64,000 nt of DNA from Cyanidioschyzon merolae (Eukaryota). Positions 30,549-41,778 of this stretch are shown piece after piece (position 1 is the first letter of the stretch; each line of letters begins with the position of its first letter). The stretch lies in NCBI GenBank assembly GCA_000091205.1, contig AP006497.2; one strand, 5' to 3'. The translations under genes were made by a program, and so were the position numbers. Under the pieces are notes generated by a model. The model ran no database searches. It saw only the letters and a list, made by a program, of their open reading frames with translations, and was not told where the DNA came from.

Positions 30549-31900
30549 GTGCGTGCACTGCGATTCAGCTTGAGAATGAGGAGATCCTCGATACCATGTG
30601 CTAAACGAATACCTGGTGGACAGCAAATATCCCGACCATATCGCCGCTCTTCGAGTTGCATACGCGCCACACTGATTGCTAAAAACGGAGGCGGTATCAC
30701 GTCGCGCTCCACGAACACATCGATGGCTCGTACGATCCAGTTCACGAACCCGAGTTGAAGGTCGGTGCATTCCTCCAGATCGGTCGGACGAACTGGCAGC
30801 CGCATTCGAAAGCCACGGGGGTGCAGTACACCCGATACATCAACGGCATAAAAACCCGCATGAATAGGCAGCATGTTCACCGGATCGATTTGGAGCTGTC
30901 GTAGAACAGCCCGATAACAGTGGTCGATCGGTTGTGCTGATCCGTTTTGCACAGCGCTTAATGCCGCTTCATCAGTGTAAACAATGAGGTTATAGAGTGG
31001 TCCGCAAAACGTCAGTGAGTTACGTCGATTCCGAGCGCAGCGGTGGTAAACATGCAGGTCCGCATAGAGCGGCTCCAACGGCACACTAAGATAGATGTCA
31101 GGCTGTTGATAGCGTTGAATCACCGCAGGGATCATGGTTTTCGAGTGTCTGTTTCGGGACCTTGCCGAGCTGGCACGGTTCGGTCGCAGCATCCCCGTCA
31201 GGCTAGTGAGTGCGGGGTGTAGAGGCGCCAACCACTGAGGCCCCGGTGACTGCTCCACTGCTGCAGACGCTTTCTGCACAGTCGCTGCCTGAGCTGCCTG
31301 CCGGTGCTGTTGGTTGCGTAGGCCCCAGCGCGACTCTTGGAGTGATCTAGCAACGCGACTGGCAACCTGAGGCTGCACGCGAGCCGAGGCTAGCGCCGCT
31401 CGTTGCACAGCGATCCAGCCCTGCATGTGCCTCTCGGAACAACCGGCGTTTGTTGAGCTATACCAACAGCTGGACGTGAAACTCAAACTTCGAAACTGAA
31501 GTATAAACGCTCTGAAAGAAAACAACGCCAACGCTGCAGCGGCAGGTGCGCTGTCGTCTCTCGGAACACTGAAACCGATGATTGTATGCCGCTGAATGCC
31601 ATGGTTGTGGGCAAAGCAGCGAATTCTGGAGAACCTGTACCAGAACACCCTATTTATCTTGGTTTCCCCAAAGGCATGGAACAAAGGGAAAGTATCGAGT
31701 AGAGTGGAGACAAGTCCCGCAACGTCTGTGTGCTGTGCCTGCTGGCATGACCTGTACCAGAACACGCTATTTATCTTGGTTTCCCCAAAGGCATGGAACA
31801 AAGGGAAAGTATCGAGTAGAGTGGAGACAAGTCCCGCAACGACTGTGTGCTGTGCCTGCTGGCATGAAGGAGAACGGCATGACGTGTCGGTGTCAGTCAC
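30533..31900 (-). CDS. Hypothetical 455-aa ORF whose N-terminus is built from the 117-bp repeats; C-terminal ~200 aa are globular-looking but the family was not recognised
   Basis: A long ORF in GC-rich DNA. The C-terminal segment ...PIDHCYRAVLRQLQIDPVNMLPIHAGFYAVDVSGVLHPRGFRMRLPVRPTDLEECTDLQLGFVNWIVRAIDVFVERD... has mixed composition, suggesting a real domain. Confidence 0.35.
   Translation of the reverse strand: MTDTDTSCRSPSCQQAQHTVVAGLVSTLLDTFPLFHAFGETKINSVFWYRSCQQAQHTDVAGLVSTLLDTFPLFHAFGETKINRVFWYRFSRIRCFAHNHGIQRHTIIGFSVPRDDSAPAAAALALFSFRAFILQFRSLSFTSSCWYSSTNAGCSERHMQGWIAVQRAALASARVQPQVASRVARSLQESRWGLRNQQHRQAAQAATVQKASAAVEQSPGPQWLAPLHPALTSLTGMLRPNRASSARSRNRHSKTMIPAVIQRYQQPDIYLSVPLEPLYADLHVYHRCARNRRNSLTFCGPLYNLIVYTDEAALSAVQNGSAQPIDHCYRAVLRQLQIDPVNMLPIHAGFYAVDVSGVLHPRGFRMRLPVRPTDLEECTDLQLGFVNWIVRAIDVFVERDVIPPPFLAISVARMQLEERRYGRDICCPPGIRLAHGIEDLLILKLNRSARTRSGS
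31634..31867. repeat. Tandem repeat, 2 copies of a 117-bp unit
   Basis: cctgtaccagaaca...ctgctggcatga recurs at 31634 and 31751. It is ORF-preserving in both the + (31596..32006) and - (30533..31900) frames. Confidence 0.9.
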
Positions 31901-32233
31901 TTTTTCGGTCAGCAGGCGGATGAACTACCCGCGCCGTTGTTCCTATGCTGATAGCCTTGCACCGAAAACAGAACTTGGGAAACTCTATTCACACCACTGT
32001 ATCTAGTGGTCCTCTGGTTCCACTCCGCACGCCCAATCCGAAATACCATTGAATACGTCGTAGAATGAGAAGTTTCCATGCCTTGGATACGAATGGTGAT
32101 ATATGGACGCGCATCGACCGAGATAAGAAGCACTTTTTGCGATAGACCTTTCGAGCGTTGAACAACTCATAATCGATTTTTTAGTGGCATATGAACGCTG
32201 ATTACCGGAGCAATCAGAGATTCGTCTCTTTCG

Positions 32234-32700
32234 ATGAGACGTTATGAGGTAGCAATGCTAGACCTGCATATGCATCATCCTGGAGAGCGCAACCCTTTTG
32301 CTCCCAGAGATGGGCCTGAGCGGCGACTCAGTCGTACGCTCGCCCACAAATCGCTAAATGAACAGAGACCTTCAACATCTTCTCCTTCGTCGAAGCACTC
32401 TTCGTGCCTTCTCCTTCCAATATTTTTGCGTCCTGCTCTTGGACAACGTCCCTAAACATGCTTGGACAGCTGGCGAGGCGGACACGGCTGAGAATTGCTT
32501 TGAGCTGCGCTTCGTGCTTGCTGATTCTCCTTCGTTTAATGCAGTCGATGGCGTCTTCACTGTTGCCCAGTGACAGTTTTTCAGTAACGGACCAATAGGG
32601 GAATCGTTCGCGTCCAAAACATCGATGGATGCAGGGCGCTATTAGGAATCGTGTAGCTTCTGACTTGAGGCAGACTGGCCGAGATTTCCTCGTATGAAGC
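32234..32700. repeat. Copy of a dispersed repeat family shared with 48460-48700
   Basis: The DNA segment cttctccttcgtcgaagcactcttcgtgccttctccttccaatatttttgcgtcctgctcttggacaa resembles cttatacttcgtcgaagcagtcttcgcggatcctccttcccatattcttgcgtcgtgctctcagacaa at 48500. Translations also correspond: SSKHSSCLLLPIFLRPALGQRP vs SSKQSSRILLPIFLRRALRQGR, and PSPSNIFASCSWTTSLNMLGQLARR vs PPSHILASCSQTRALSITYLGQGHRR. Confidence 0.6.
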
Positions 32701-35247
32701 ATCCAGTTAAGCCACTGATCGTACGAGTTCGGGACCTAGGGATGCCAATTCTCCACAATTCTCTGGTTTGCTTCCAGCAAACCTTCAATACGGCAACACA
32801 GCTAATGCTCGGGACTGAAGAGGCTGCACAGATTGTACATAGGATCCGGGATGTACACATCCGCGTCCCAGAATACCATGACACGTTGCCGCAGCACGTC
32901 GGCGATGCGAGCATCCAAAGCGCGGGTACCGAACCTTGTCTGACGAACATCGAAAAAGAACATCTCCATATGCAGATCATTGTCGTGAAGTTCATGCAGC
33001 GCAGCAGCTGAGCGTTGTGCCCACAAATTCGTGGTCCGGTAAAATGCGAAGTGATGCACATGATTCTTGGGATGTTGATAGAGGCAAGTGATCGGCTGGT
33101 GCCACAAGACATCGAGGTGATTGCGAGCTCAGACGAGATGCCGCAACGAGATCCAGAGACGCTTCAGGTCGTTCATGCTTATGATGGTGCTCTGTTTCTC
33201 GGACTGTTGGATGTCGCATGCAGATATCGTTGGAAATGTGATGTGTTCGTGCATTCCTTGCTACCTGCACTCCCGTGTTTTCCTGAAGCGAACGCTCCAG
33301 AGCAAGGAATGCTCCATGTCACTGCAACCCGGGCGCTCTCGCCTCCTCAAAGCTTGAGGACGATATGGTCCCCATGAGTCACATCTACGCCAAAGATATT
33401 ACCATGGACAATTGGATAGCGTACTTTACGGCCTGTTCAGGGAGCGACGGCTTGTCTCTGGCAGCAAACGTAGAGGAGTATTCCGACAACATCGCCTGGA
33501 GCGTTGGCGGAGCCTTTGCAAGGTGTCTCGTTTACAGGGAAGAAACGGAAAGAAGCCGATCAGACAATCGAGATCAACGGAATATCCATTTGTATGCAAT
33601 TCTTGGAACCTTTGCCTGAAGCGAGCGGCTACAATCGATTGCAACCTTTCGTGTAGATGAAGCTCAGGACTTTGTGGTACACGTGGATGCCGGGTCGAAA
33701 GCCGTCATCGTCATCGCCACGCGTCTCGATCAGGAGCGCGGATCCAAACGCCTGATCGGGAGCATGGACGACGCTGCAAAACTATTCGAAGGCTCTTTAC
33801 GATAGCGAGAAGGCCACGCTGGAGGCCAGGATGCGTACCAGCAGGTCGAAGGACGGGATCAGGACCCGTTCGACGCGCTGAGCACCGCATCGAGCCGATG
33901 AGGATGCTATTTACGCAGTACTCAGAGCGTCCGTGAGCATCCAGATGCTTTATGAAGACGAGTTTTGACAGGCGTGTATGTCAGATCGCGCTGGAGTCGC
34001 CAATTGTTCTGATTGGATGGAGACAAGAACATGCTTTAGCCAATTGCATGAATGAGTTGGAAAAGTGACTCGCCGACAAATCGCGTCTATCACTGGTAAC
34101 CTATGGTGCTAGACGTGCCGTAGCGCGCAAAGGCTGCCCGTTTCCCATGATGAACCGAGCGTACAACGAGTGCAGGTATTGATCCTGAGCGATTCCCATC
34201 GATGCGCTCGAGGCGGCATATGCGCACCACGACCATGAACGCATGTGGAATCTGGTAGAAGGAACCAGTGTGAAGCAGATTCGGATGCACTATCTGGTGT
34301 CCGGGAAGCGGACCGGACGCCAGATACCGAAGTGATCGAAGATGAGAGGCTTGCTGTGCTGCGATTCCACGAGCAACAACGCACTTTCTGAACCCAGACC
34401 TGAATGCCTCCATCACCAATACGAAACGTGTCGTGCTTGCAGGGCGTCCGCCGGCCTTGTATCGATCGATGCTTCGAGGTGATCGCTTCGTACTCAATGT
34501 TAGCGTTGTGCTAAAAAGGCTGAAGGCTTCTGATGGGTAAAAATCAATAGCCAGGAGGCCGAGCATTGGAATCTCGAAAGGAGTACGGCATTGGCAGGGC
34601 ACGGTTCAGCAATTCAAAAACGCCAAAAGCGTGGTATATATGCGACAGGAACACTTTCAGCCTGGGCAATCAATGACCAATTGATGAGCTTCATGAATTG
34701 ATGTTGCTGAGTACACGAAACTCGCCATCGACGAAGGTTGATGGCGTTACGTCTCGATCGCAGTGATGAAGGCGTAGCAAACAATGGGGAACAACGAGTA
34801 TTCCCATGCATTTACGGGAAGTAGTCTCCGAGCACGCGGTAGCAGCTTGGGGCGGAAAGATGCCCCGCTTGGTGACCAGCCAGTCACTCGGTCTGTCAGC
34901 CAGACAGCCGGTGCCATGAGGTATCTTGCCGACAGGTGTCTAGCCCGCCATCCATGCTCGTATCCCTTTCAACTACAACGTTCTAGAATTCGCCAGTACC
35001 GTCCACGCTTTGTCACGAACGGCTGTCGCGGACGCCGCCTATGGTGTGTCCAGTTCCTGCCTAACGTTTTCGAATCAATCGGATGCTCGCTAATTTCGTG
35101 CGGCGAAAGAGTCACGCCCCTTGTCGTTGCAGCACAGGCACGCCATCCCCAGCCGCTGATGACCGAATGCAGGGTCAAACGAGCCTTCGCGTGCCTGCAT
35201 ACAGCGCCTGGAAGAGCGGGACGCCGGCACGCGGATGTGCTGACGCA

Positions 35248-37374
35248 TCATCGCAACTGCGGCTGGGGAGAGTCGGTGGCATTCGATGACTCGGTGTGCG
35301 TCGATGACGGCAGACTCTGGCTGGTACGTCGCGAAACGAGCCATGCTGAACGGGGCCATGGCCAACGGCGATACGTCGTTGCACCGGTGCTTGCTTCATG
35401 AGCTTGCGTTGCTGGCGCTACCGGCGCATTCATCATGGTGCCGCTCGGCGGGAGCGCTTCACCAATACCCCGCTCGACGTCTCCAGGTTGTGCAACTGGA
35501 TCCGGTAAACGAGGTTCATTTGGTAGAGCATGGTTCCGCAACAACGGCGAAAAGTCTTCGCGACATACCGGGCACGCCGGATGCTTGCGCAACCACGGGT
35601 CAATGCAGTCTGTATGAAAAAGGTGGTGGCAACCGACCCGACGCACGCGATCCCCATCTGCAAAATCCTCCAGACACACTGGACACGTGATGCTGCTGTA
35701 GGCGATCGACCTCTCTGGGTCGAACATGGCGGATTCGGGGGGTAGTCGCGGCACAGCCGCTAGATCCGTCGTTGATTTCGCCAACTCTCGCGCTTGAACA
35801 AGCAGCGACGGTGAAGTCAACGATTCCGCGGAATTCGGCATCATCATATACGGTGTCGTGTTATCATTGATCGCATCAGGGGTGCGCTCGCCCCCTAGAG
35901 GTACCCCTGGAGTTGCTGCAGCGTTTTCCCCAGCGGCAGCGTCGTCACTCGTATCCGAGCGCTTGCAGGATTGATGCTCTCCGCTGCAATACAAAGACGC
36001 TGGGAATACAGCTTCAATTTTTTCAGGTGGTATCGGAGGAAGACGGTTGCGGGCACCGCGCTGCCCTCGCAACGGCACGATTCGAATGCCGCTGTTCGCG
36101 AGCCTCTGAGCTTCGGCCTCGCTGACGTAAGGACCCATCGCATAAAGAACGCCTGGATCCGTCGGGTATTCCCGCCGCGGGAACAACCAGGCGAGAAGCA
36201 GCCCTATACCCAAGACGCCGGCGATGCCTCCGAAAAGTATCGGGAGTAGGAAAAACCAGCTGTTGTAGAAAGGCGGCCCGGTGCACGCCGGCGACGCCGG
36301 TGGACACGAACCACTGCTACCGCCACAAATTTTCACTTGCAGGGTCACGTTTGCCTTGGAGAACGGATCCATATTCGTTGGACAATACCGGTTTGCAACC
36401 GAAACCCAGTACGTGCTTGCATTTGGTGACAGCAACACGTTTTGCGTCGAATAGCCGCAGATGAAACTGTTCGTATCCGATTCGTTCGCTGGGAAGTTAT
36501 CATTCGGAGAGAATGTTGCGAACACAGGCATCGACCGGTAAGATCCATTGTCCGGGGTAACCAAAAGCTCTGGGCAGCCGTTTTGCCCTTGAATCGCTAA
36601 CGTAACAGCATAGTTGGTAGCTCCCGAGCTCGTATTCAATGTTTGTGCGGAGAAGCGATAATACGACAAGGTGCTGAAATTCACCAAAGTCGTCGTGGAT
36701 TCTCCAACAGTAATATTGGGTGCCTCCACTGAGCAGTACGGTCCGACAAGGCTGCCGCTGCAGTCACATACCCCCCTGGTACTACAGGTCCCATTTCCCC
36801 AGCACGGACTTTCGGAGAACGGTCCTAAGGCGCAGGTTTGCTTCAGCGAGTCCGCGAAGCGCAAACGAATCGGCCCCTGTATCGTGATTGATTGCGGCTC
36901 GCTCGTTAGTACAGAAGAATAGTTCCCCTGGACTGCTACATTCAACGTCCTATTCCCAAACTGCGTCTTATTCAAGACAACATAAACGTATGGGAGTCCA
37001 GCGAGATAGCCCCAGTTGTCCGTAGCCAGCGTCAGATTTCGTGCAACATCCTGAACAGTGAGCTCGACGCGCCCAGCCAAGCGAAAAGCATCAACCGTCA
37101 CGTTTTCTCGTGACATTTCAATTATAAGATACGAGCTATCCATGGAAGATGTATTGACGCGAAACGACAGCGCGGGGCTCGCTACCGGCAAACTAGCGAA
37201 ACAAGCCGAGCTATCCTGTGTCAAAACGGTGTCGTTCGAGCACGTTTCATTTATCGCGCTCCATGGTACTGGAGTCGGCACAGAAGCGTTGACATGCCCA
37301 GTGAAGCGTAGCAGTAACAGGGATAAAACCCCAAGCAAGAAACCGAGCTGCGCTCGGTGCTCATGGCTCGCCAT
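35248..37374 (-). CDS. Type-I transmembrane RING-H2 E3 ubiquitin ligase with large extracellular domain containing an EGF-like Cys module
   Basis: ORF 35248..37509(-). The likely start is MASHEHRAQLGFLLGVLSLLLLRF (a signal peptide). The ectodomain has many N-glycosylation sequons and CWGNGTCSTRGVCDCSGSLVGPYCS. The TM segment is FFLLPILFGGIAGVLGIGLLLAWLF. The cytoplasmic RING-H2 is CPVCLEDFADGDRVRRVGCHHLFHTDCIDPWLRKHPACPVCR. Confidence 0.8.
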   Translation of the reverse strand: MASHEHRAQLGFLLGVLSLLLLRFTGHVNASVPTPVPWSAINETCSNDTVLTQDSSACFASLPVASPALSFRVNTSSMDSSYLIIEMSRENVTVDAFRLAGRVELTVQDVARNLTLATDNWGYLAGLPYVYVVLNKTQFGNRTLNVAVQGNYSSVLTSEPQSITIQGPIRLRFADSLKQTCALGPFSESPCWGNGTCSTRGVCDCSGSLVGPYCSVEAPNITVGESTTTLVNFSTLSYYRFSAQTLNTSSGATNYAVTLAIQGQNGCPELLVTPDNGSYRSMPVFATFSPNDNFPANESDTNSFICGYSTQNVLLSPNASTYWVSVANRYCPTNMDPFSKANVTLQVKICGGSSGSCPPASPACTGPPFYNSWFFLLPILFGGIAGVLGIGLLLAWLFPRREYPTDPGVLYAMGPYVSEAEAQRLANSGIRIVPLRGQRGARNRLPPIPPEKIEAVFPASLYCSGEHQSCKRSDTSDDAAAGENAAATPGVPLGGERTPDAINDNTTPYMMMPNSAESLTSPSLLVQARELAKSTTDLAAVPRLPPESAMFDPERSIAYSSITCPVCLEDFADGDRVRRVGCHHLFHTDCIDPWLRKHPACPVCREDFSPLLRNHALPNEPRLPDPVAQPGDVERGIGEALPPSGTMMNAPVAPATQAHEASTGATTYRRWPWPRSAWLVSRRTSQSLPSSTHTESSNATDSPQPQLR

Positions 37375-39197
37375 GGGCGCTGCTATCTGCCGTGGAGCGC
37401 GCGCCTCGTGCTCACGTTGGCGTTCACGTACCGCCCCAGGCGTGAAACTTGTGCCACTGGTCAAAGCTTTGAAAGTGGAAACTATCACTGCTAGGTTGTA
37501 CGCACACACCGCAACTCAAGAAGCAGGTATCCGAGCGTTCGTTCAGAGTCCGGATTCCGGGTGCGGAAATCGACGTTGGCGTTGTGAACACGATCGCGCT
37601 GCATGCGGCAACGCAAAGGGCGCATCCTCACAGAGGAGCCAGAATACGCTGAAACGTGCAGTTTTTTGGCCATTCTATATGCTTTTGAGAGAGCCACAAC
37701 ATAGCGCACAACTCCTCGCACGCTACCCCTGTACCAGGTGAAAAGAAGGACACGAAGCTGGTTGCTCTGGTTCTTTTTATTCGATTTCTTGTACAATATT
37801 AGCTGTAAATGGACAGTCTCTACATTTGGCGTACAGCGAAAGAGCGCTTTACGTACATGGACGTGATTTAAGGACTTTCGGTCATCGTTTTGAGGTGTGT
37901 ACTTGGACGCTTTGACGAAGGCATATGCTACGTAACGTTAATGAAGATGGGTCGTGACACACTCGAATGAGAGCTCGTAAAATAACCGATAGCAGTATTC
38001 CATGCGAATGCACGAGCCTCAACTCTCGTTCCTTCGCTATGCGACGCATGCTCCATATGATGCATGCGTCAGGTTTTCGATATCTCTGTTTCAAGACACA
38101 TTGTGGGGGCAGCGATTCACACACTCGGATTGACGAGGATAAACAGTCGACGTCGTACTTTGACGACATCTTCACAGCAGAGGCATCCGCGAAGGGGCTG
38201 AATTCTCATCGCTTTTAGCGACGCTATGTTATCGCGTATCTGCCAGTATCCCGCCCGATTCATCCACTGTACACCTTTCAAAAAGTATTGAATCGGATGC
38301 CGGGCTTCAAGTAGGCACACCCGCCGCAGCAGAACGAAGACGCCACGACTCCTGTAGACGATACCACGGAACTCAAGGCTATTTGGGTAGCTAGATCTAT
38401 GAAGTCTCTGGTGCTTCGTTGAGAGTCGGTGGAAATCTCTAAACATCCTTGGAGGAGCTGAGATCTCCTCTCTGGATACCTGTAGCGATTGTGTACGCAC
38501 CGTATTTTGGTTCGATTCACGTATCTCGCAGCGTAGAAAAGTTCCGCTCCGACCGGTAAAGTCGCGTTTCCTCAGCTTCGAATGTCATGAGTCCAGCCAG
38601 CCGGTACTTGCACACATATCTACCCATACATGTCCATGCACATGTACATAGAATGCGGAGCTGTCGTCGAACGCATGGGCGAGGCACGATCCCACTTCTT
38701 AGCCGCCACGAGCCCCGTGAGAATACACCAAACGACCCATAATCATCATTTGCAACGGAAATATCCATCCGCTCCAGTTACCGTGCCCTAGCGATGAAGG
38801 ATGGTACGCACCACTTGGAAGCAAGCGCAGCGAAGAGCTGAATCACTGAGCGAGACCCGCTTATGTCGCTGGGATTCCCTCGAAGCCTGTTAGGACAAAG
38901 CGCTTGGAAACCTGCCCTATTGTTTCCACATTACCCTCGAGTAAAAATCGATCTCAAATGCACTTGAATACAATACCAAAAGCGTCTAGTGACGACGCAG
39001 ATCCCTCAAAGCTCTATGGTATAGAGCGCGGCTCGCTTCACCGATCATCGAGGTGGCGCTTGTTCGGAACTCGGAAGACGTCCGCACTTGAGCGGTTTGT
39101 CGACCTGCACGCTGCTCGGGACGTGAGGCATACGTTGACCTTTAAATCTTCGAATAGCCACAGTTTTCGGTCTTCTTAACTGATTCAGCATTCGATC

Positions 39198-41369
39198 TTG
39201 AACGCGTCTTCGACGAAGCTGGACACCGGTCTGGCCCGTGCGCCTACAGAGGCGCAGCAGCCGCCAGAGGACCCTGGCCTGACTACTGTCGTAGAAAAGT
39301 TCCGAGCGACGTTCGATGCTAACTTGGACTGGCAACCGCTGCAGTATGGCTTGGTAGATGCTGTAACGCCGGGCGCACAGCGGAAAGGTTCTGTTTCTCA
39401 GGTCCTTCGCGCAGAACGCAAAGCTCAGCGACAGAGAGCGAACAGACTCGCCTCTATCGCCGTGGACGCGGCAGCCGTCCAAGCACTCTACGAACAAGGC
39501 AGCTGGGTACTTGCGCCTGAACTCGCTGGAAACGCTGCTCTTGGGACGTCCCCAGAGCAGAACTGGCTTCGTTGCTGGCCGCTGCTGGGGAACAAACGTT
39601 GCGGACGCTGGTACGTGCCGCCGCCGAACACTTTCGCTCAGCTGGGCGAACTTTCATTCGAACCAGTGGTGCACTTCAAGTCCGTTGATGGGCATCATGG
39701 CAAACAGCGCTTTTCAATGCGGTTCATGAACTTGCCAGCCTTGTTACAATGCATTCGCTGCGGAGGCCTGGCGATTGTGGATGCGACCCGCTCCGGGAAA
39801 CTCTGGCCGGATGCGTTACGCTGCACCTTGCCATTGTGGTGTGCAGTAATGAACGCTTTGTGGTGGTGGCCCGTTTTCCACAGCTCGGTCGACGATGTCC
39901 CGGATCCTGCACAGCTCTCGTGTGTTGCAGCATTCTGGCTACGCCTTTGTTGCAACTGGGGCATCGACAAGGACGAAATGACACAGTTGGGGCAAGCGGC
40001 CGCCGCTGCACTGGGCGCATTGATATCCTGCAAACCTTTTATGGACTGGTTTGAAGAAATGATCCGCCAGCGCAGTGACTGGGGTGTACTTTGGCCAATG
40101 GTCGCATTTCGAGGCGACCAAAAACTCGCTGAAAGGTTTCAGGGAACGTCCGCATGTCGCGTTTGTTCGGGACAGTCGTCGAGCGATACCGGGGACTGGC
40201 TCTCGCTCAGCTGCTCAGTACGCGAGGCCTTGGCGGTGCTGCAGCAGGTCGGAATGCGTCTGCAGTACACCGGGGGCAAGCAGTCGTCTCTGCATGTGAT
40301 ACCTGTGGTTGGGATTTCCGCATCTGATGCTCGCCAGGAGGGCAACCCGATCCTCAGTTGTCGTTACCGCTATGTCGCTGGTGCCGGAGACGACGAGGAG
40401 TCCTGGAGCGAGGGCCTCGAGCCGACGCTCTGGTGGCAATACCAGTCGCGTATTCGGGATGTGCTCGCACAGGGTGAAGCACTTTCGTCCGTCCTGCCTG
40501 ATCAGTCGGCTGAAAACAGGCACATTTGTGGGATAGATCACGGAAGCTGCAGAGTAGAGATCCTTGCAAGCATTTGGAAGCAGGAGCGTGTACATGTTTT
40601 TCTGGGACGTTGCGCCTGTTCCAGGGCTAACCCAACATCTGGAGACCACTGTGGACTCCAGTCGGAGAATTCCTTGCACGCTCGCCGGGTTTTCTGGCTG
40701 GATGCGCTCCCTTGCAAGCGCTCTTCGCGTGCAGCAGCAATGCTAGAGTCCAGTTTACGGAGTGCAAGCGTCGCAATACAGCAGACGCGCTCAAACGAAG
40801 ACCTAAGCCCGACGCGTAGCCCGTCTACGCAACCTTTGCATTGCACGCCGCACGAACTCGAGAGAGAGCAATCGACAAAAGCTTGGAAGCAGCCGGAAGC
40901 CGCGGGAGCGCGCTCCGCGCCTCGCGCCTATGCACACCATGGGGATAACTCCGCCCAACAGTGTGCTCGCTCGGCATCGTATGCTCCATGCAAACATTTG
41001 CTGAATTCAGGACAGCCTGCAGCGAGTAACGGTCAGCAGCGATGCGAGGATTGCCTAGCGGTAAGCAACGGCAAGCTGTCTCGTGCAGAGGCGAGCGCTG
41101 CCGCCCTTCTCGATACGCTGTTGCCCCAGATACGCCAGTGTATACAGGAAGAGGATCGATCGGTGGTGCTAGCCTCCACAGCGGGGGACGGCCTGGCGCT
41201 CGCAGCCGCCCTTGTCTGGCTGGCCACCAGTGGTCTGCAGCAGCCAGAGACGGGGCTGTGTCGTCTTCAAGAGACTCTCCTGCTCCTACAGTGTCGATAT
41301 CCTTCAGCGGAAGTGTCTCAAGCGGTCATGAAGCTGGTTCGCGCACACCTGCGACGTTATGCGAGGTAG
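39198..41369 (+). CDS. Initiator tRNA A64 2'-O-ribosylphosphate transferase (RIT1-like) with C-terminal extension
   Basis: ORF of 723 aa. Rit1-family motifs are present: LLGNKRCGRWYVPP (cf. ANERCGSWY) and IVDATRSGKLWPDALRCTLPLWCAVMN (cf. DSTRRGKxMPDALSKTIPIWCAVLN). Confidence 0.7.
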   Translation: MNASSTKLDTGLARAPTEAQQPPEDPGLTTVVEKFRATFDANLDWQPLQYGLVDAVTPGAQRKGSVSQVLRAERKAQRQRANRLASIAVDAAAVQALYEQGSWVLAPELAGNAALGTSPEQNWLRCWPLLGNKRCGRWYVPPPNTFAQLGELSFEPVVHFKSVDGHHGKQRFSMRFMNLPALLQCIRCGGLAIVDATRSGKLWPDALRCTLPLWCAVMNALWWWPVFHSSVDDVPDPAQLSCVAAFWLRLCCNWGIDKDEMTQLGQAAAAALGALISCKPFMDWFEEMIRQRSDWGVLWPMVAFRGDQKLAERFQGTSACRVCSGQSSSDTGDWLSLSCSVREALAVLQQVGMRLQYTGGKQSSLHVIPVVGISASDARQEGNPILSCRYRYVAGAGDDEESWSEGLEPTLWWQYQSRIRDVLAQGEALSSVLPDQSAENRHICGIDHGSCRVEILASIWKQERVHVFLGRCACSRANPTSGDHCGLQSENSLHARRVFWLDALPCKRSSRAAAMLESSLRSASVAIQQTRSNEDLSPTRSPSTQPLHCTPHELEREQSTKAWKQPEAAGARSAPRAYAHHGDNSAQQCARSASYAPCKHLLNSGQPAASNGQQRCEDCLAVSNGKLSRAEASAAALLDTLLPQIRQCIQEEDRSVVLASTAGDGLALAAALVWLATSGLQQPETGLCRLQETLLLLQCRYPSAEVSQAVMKLVRAHLRRYAR

Positions 41370-41778
41370 ACATCTGGACATAATGCCAATTTCCATCGAT
41401 ACACTATCAAGATTAGAGAGGTCGAGGAAGTTTCGCAGGGCACCGCTGTAGATGGCGGCATGCAAACAGGCTCTCGCTTACGCCCAAGAAACCCAGATGC
41501 GTGAGCGGGTCCTCACGAACGCCCACAGAAGAGATAGCGACGCGGCTGACGTGGCAACGGTACGAGAGCGGGTGCCTGCTGGCTCACCACACGCCTGCTC
41601 CTAGTGCACCTACGAACGCACCATACCAAAGCAGCTGGCAGTGCAGCAACACAAGAACAGGTGCCTCGAGGTTTATCACACGCTTGCTCACAACTGGTCT
41701 CTGGACACGGAAGCGAACTTCATTCTTTCCAGCGCAAGAACTGGTGGCCGTTGCGAGCCCGCGGGTATCCCTTTCGCC

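Noticed and set aside
32640-33400. ORFs 32642..33112(-), 32802..33107(-) and 33015..33377(+) with a vague glycosyltransferase-like feel (VFWDADVYIPDP)
   Set aside because: No diagnostic motif could be identified. The frames overlap each other, so neither strand nor product can be assigned.
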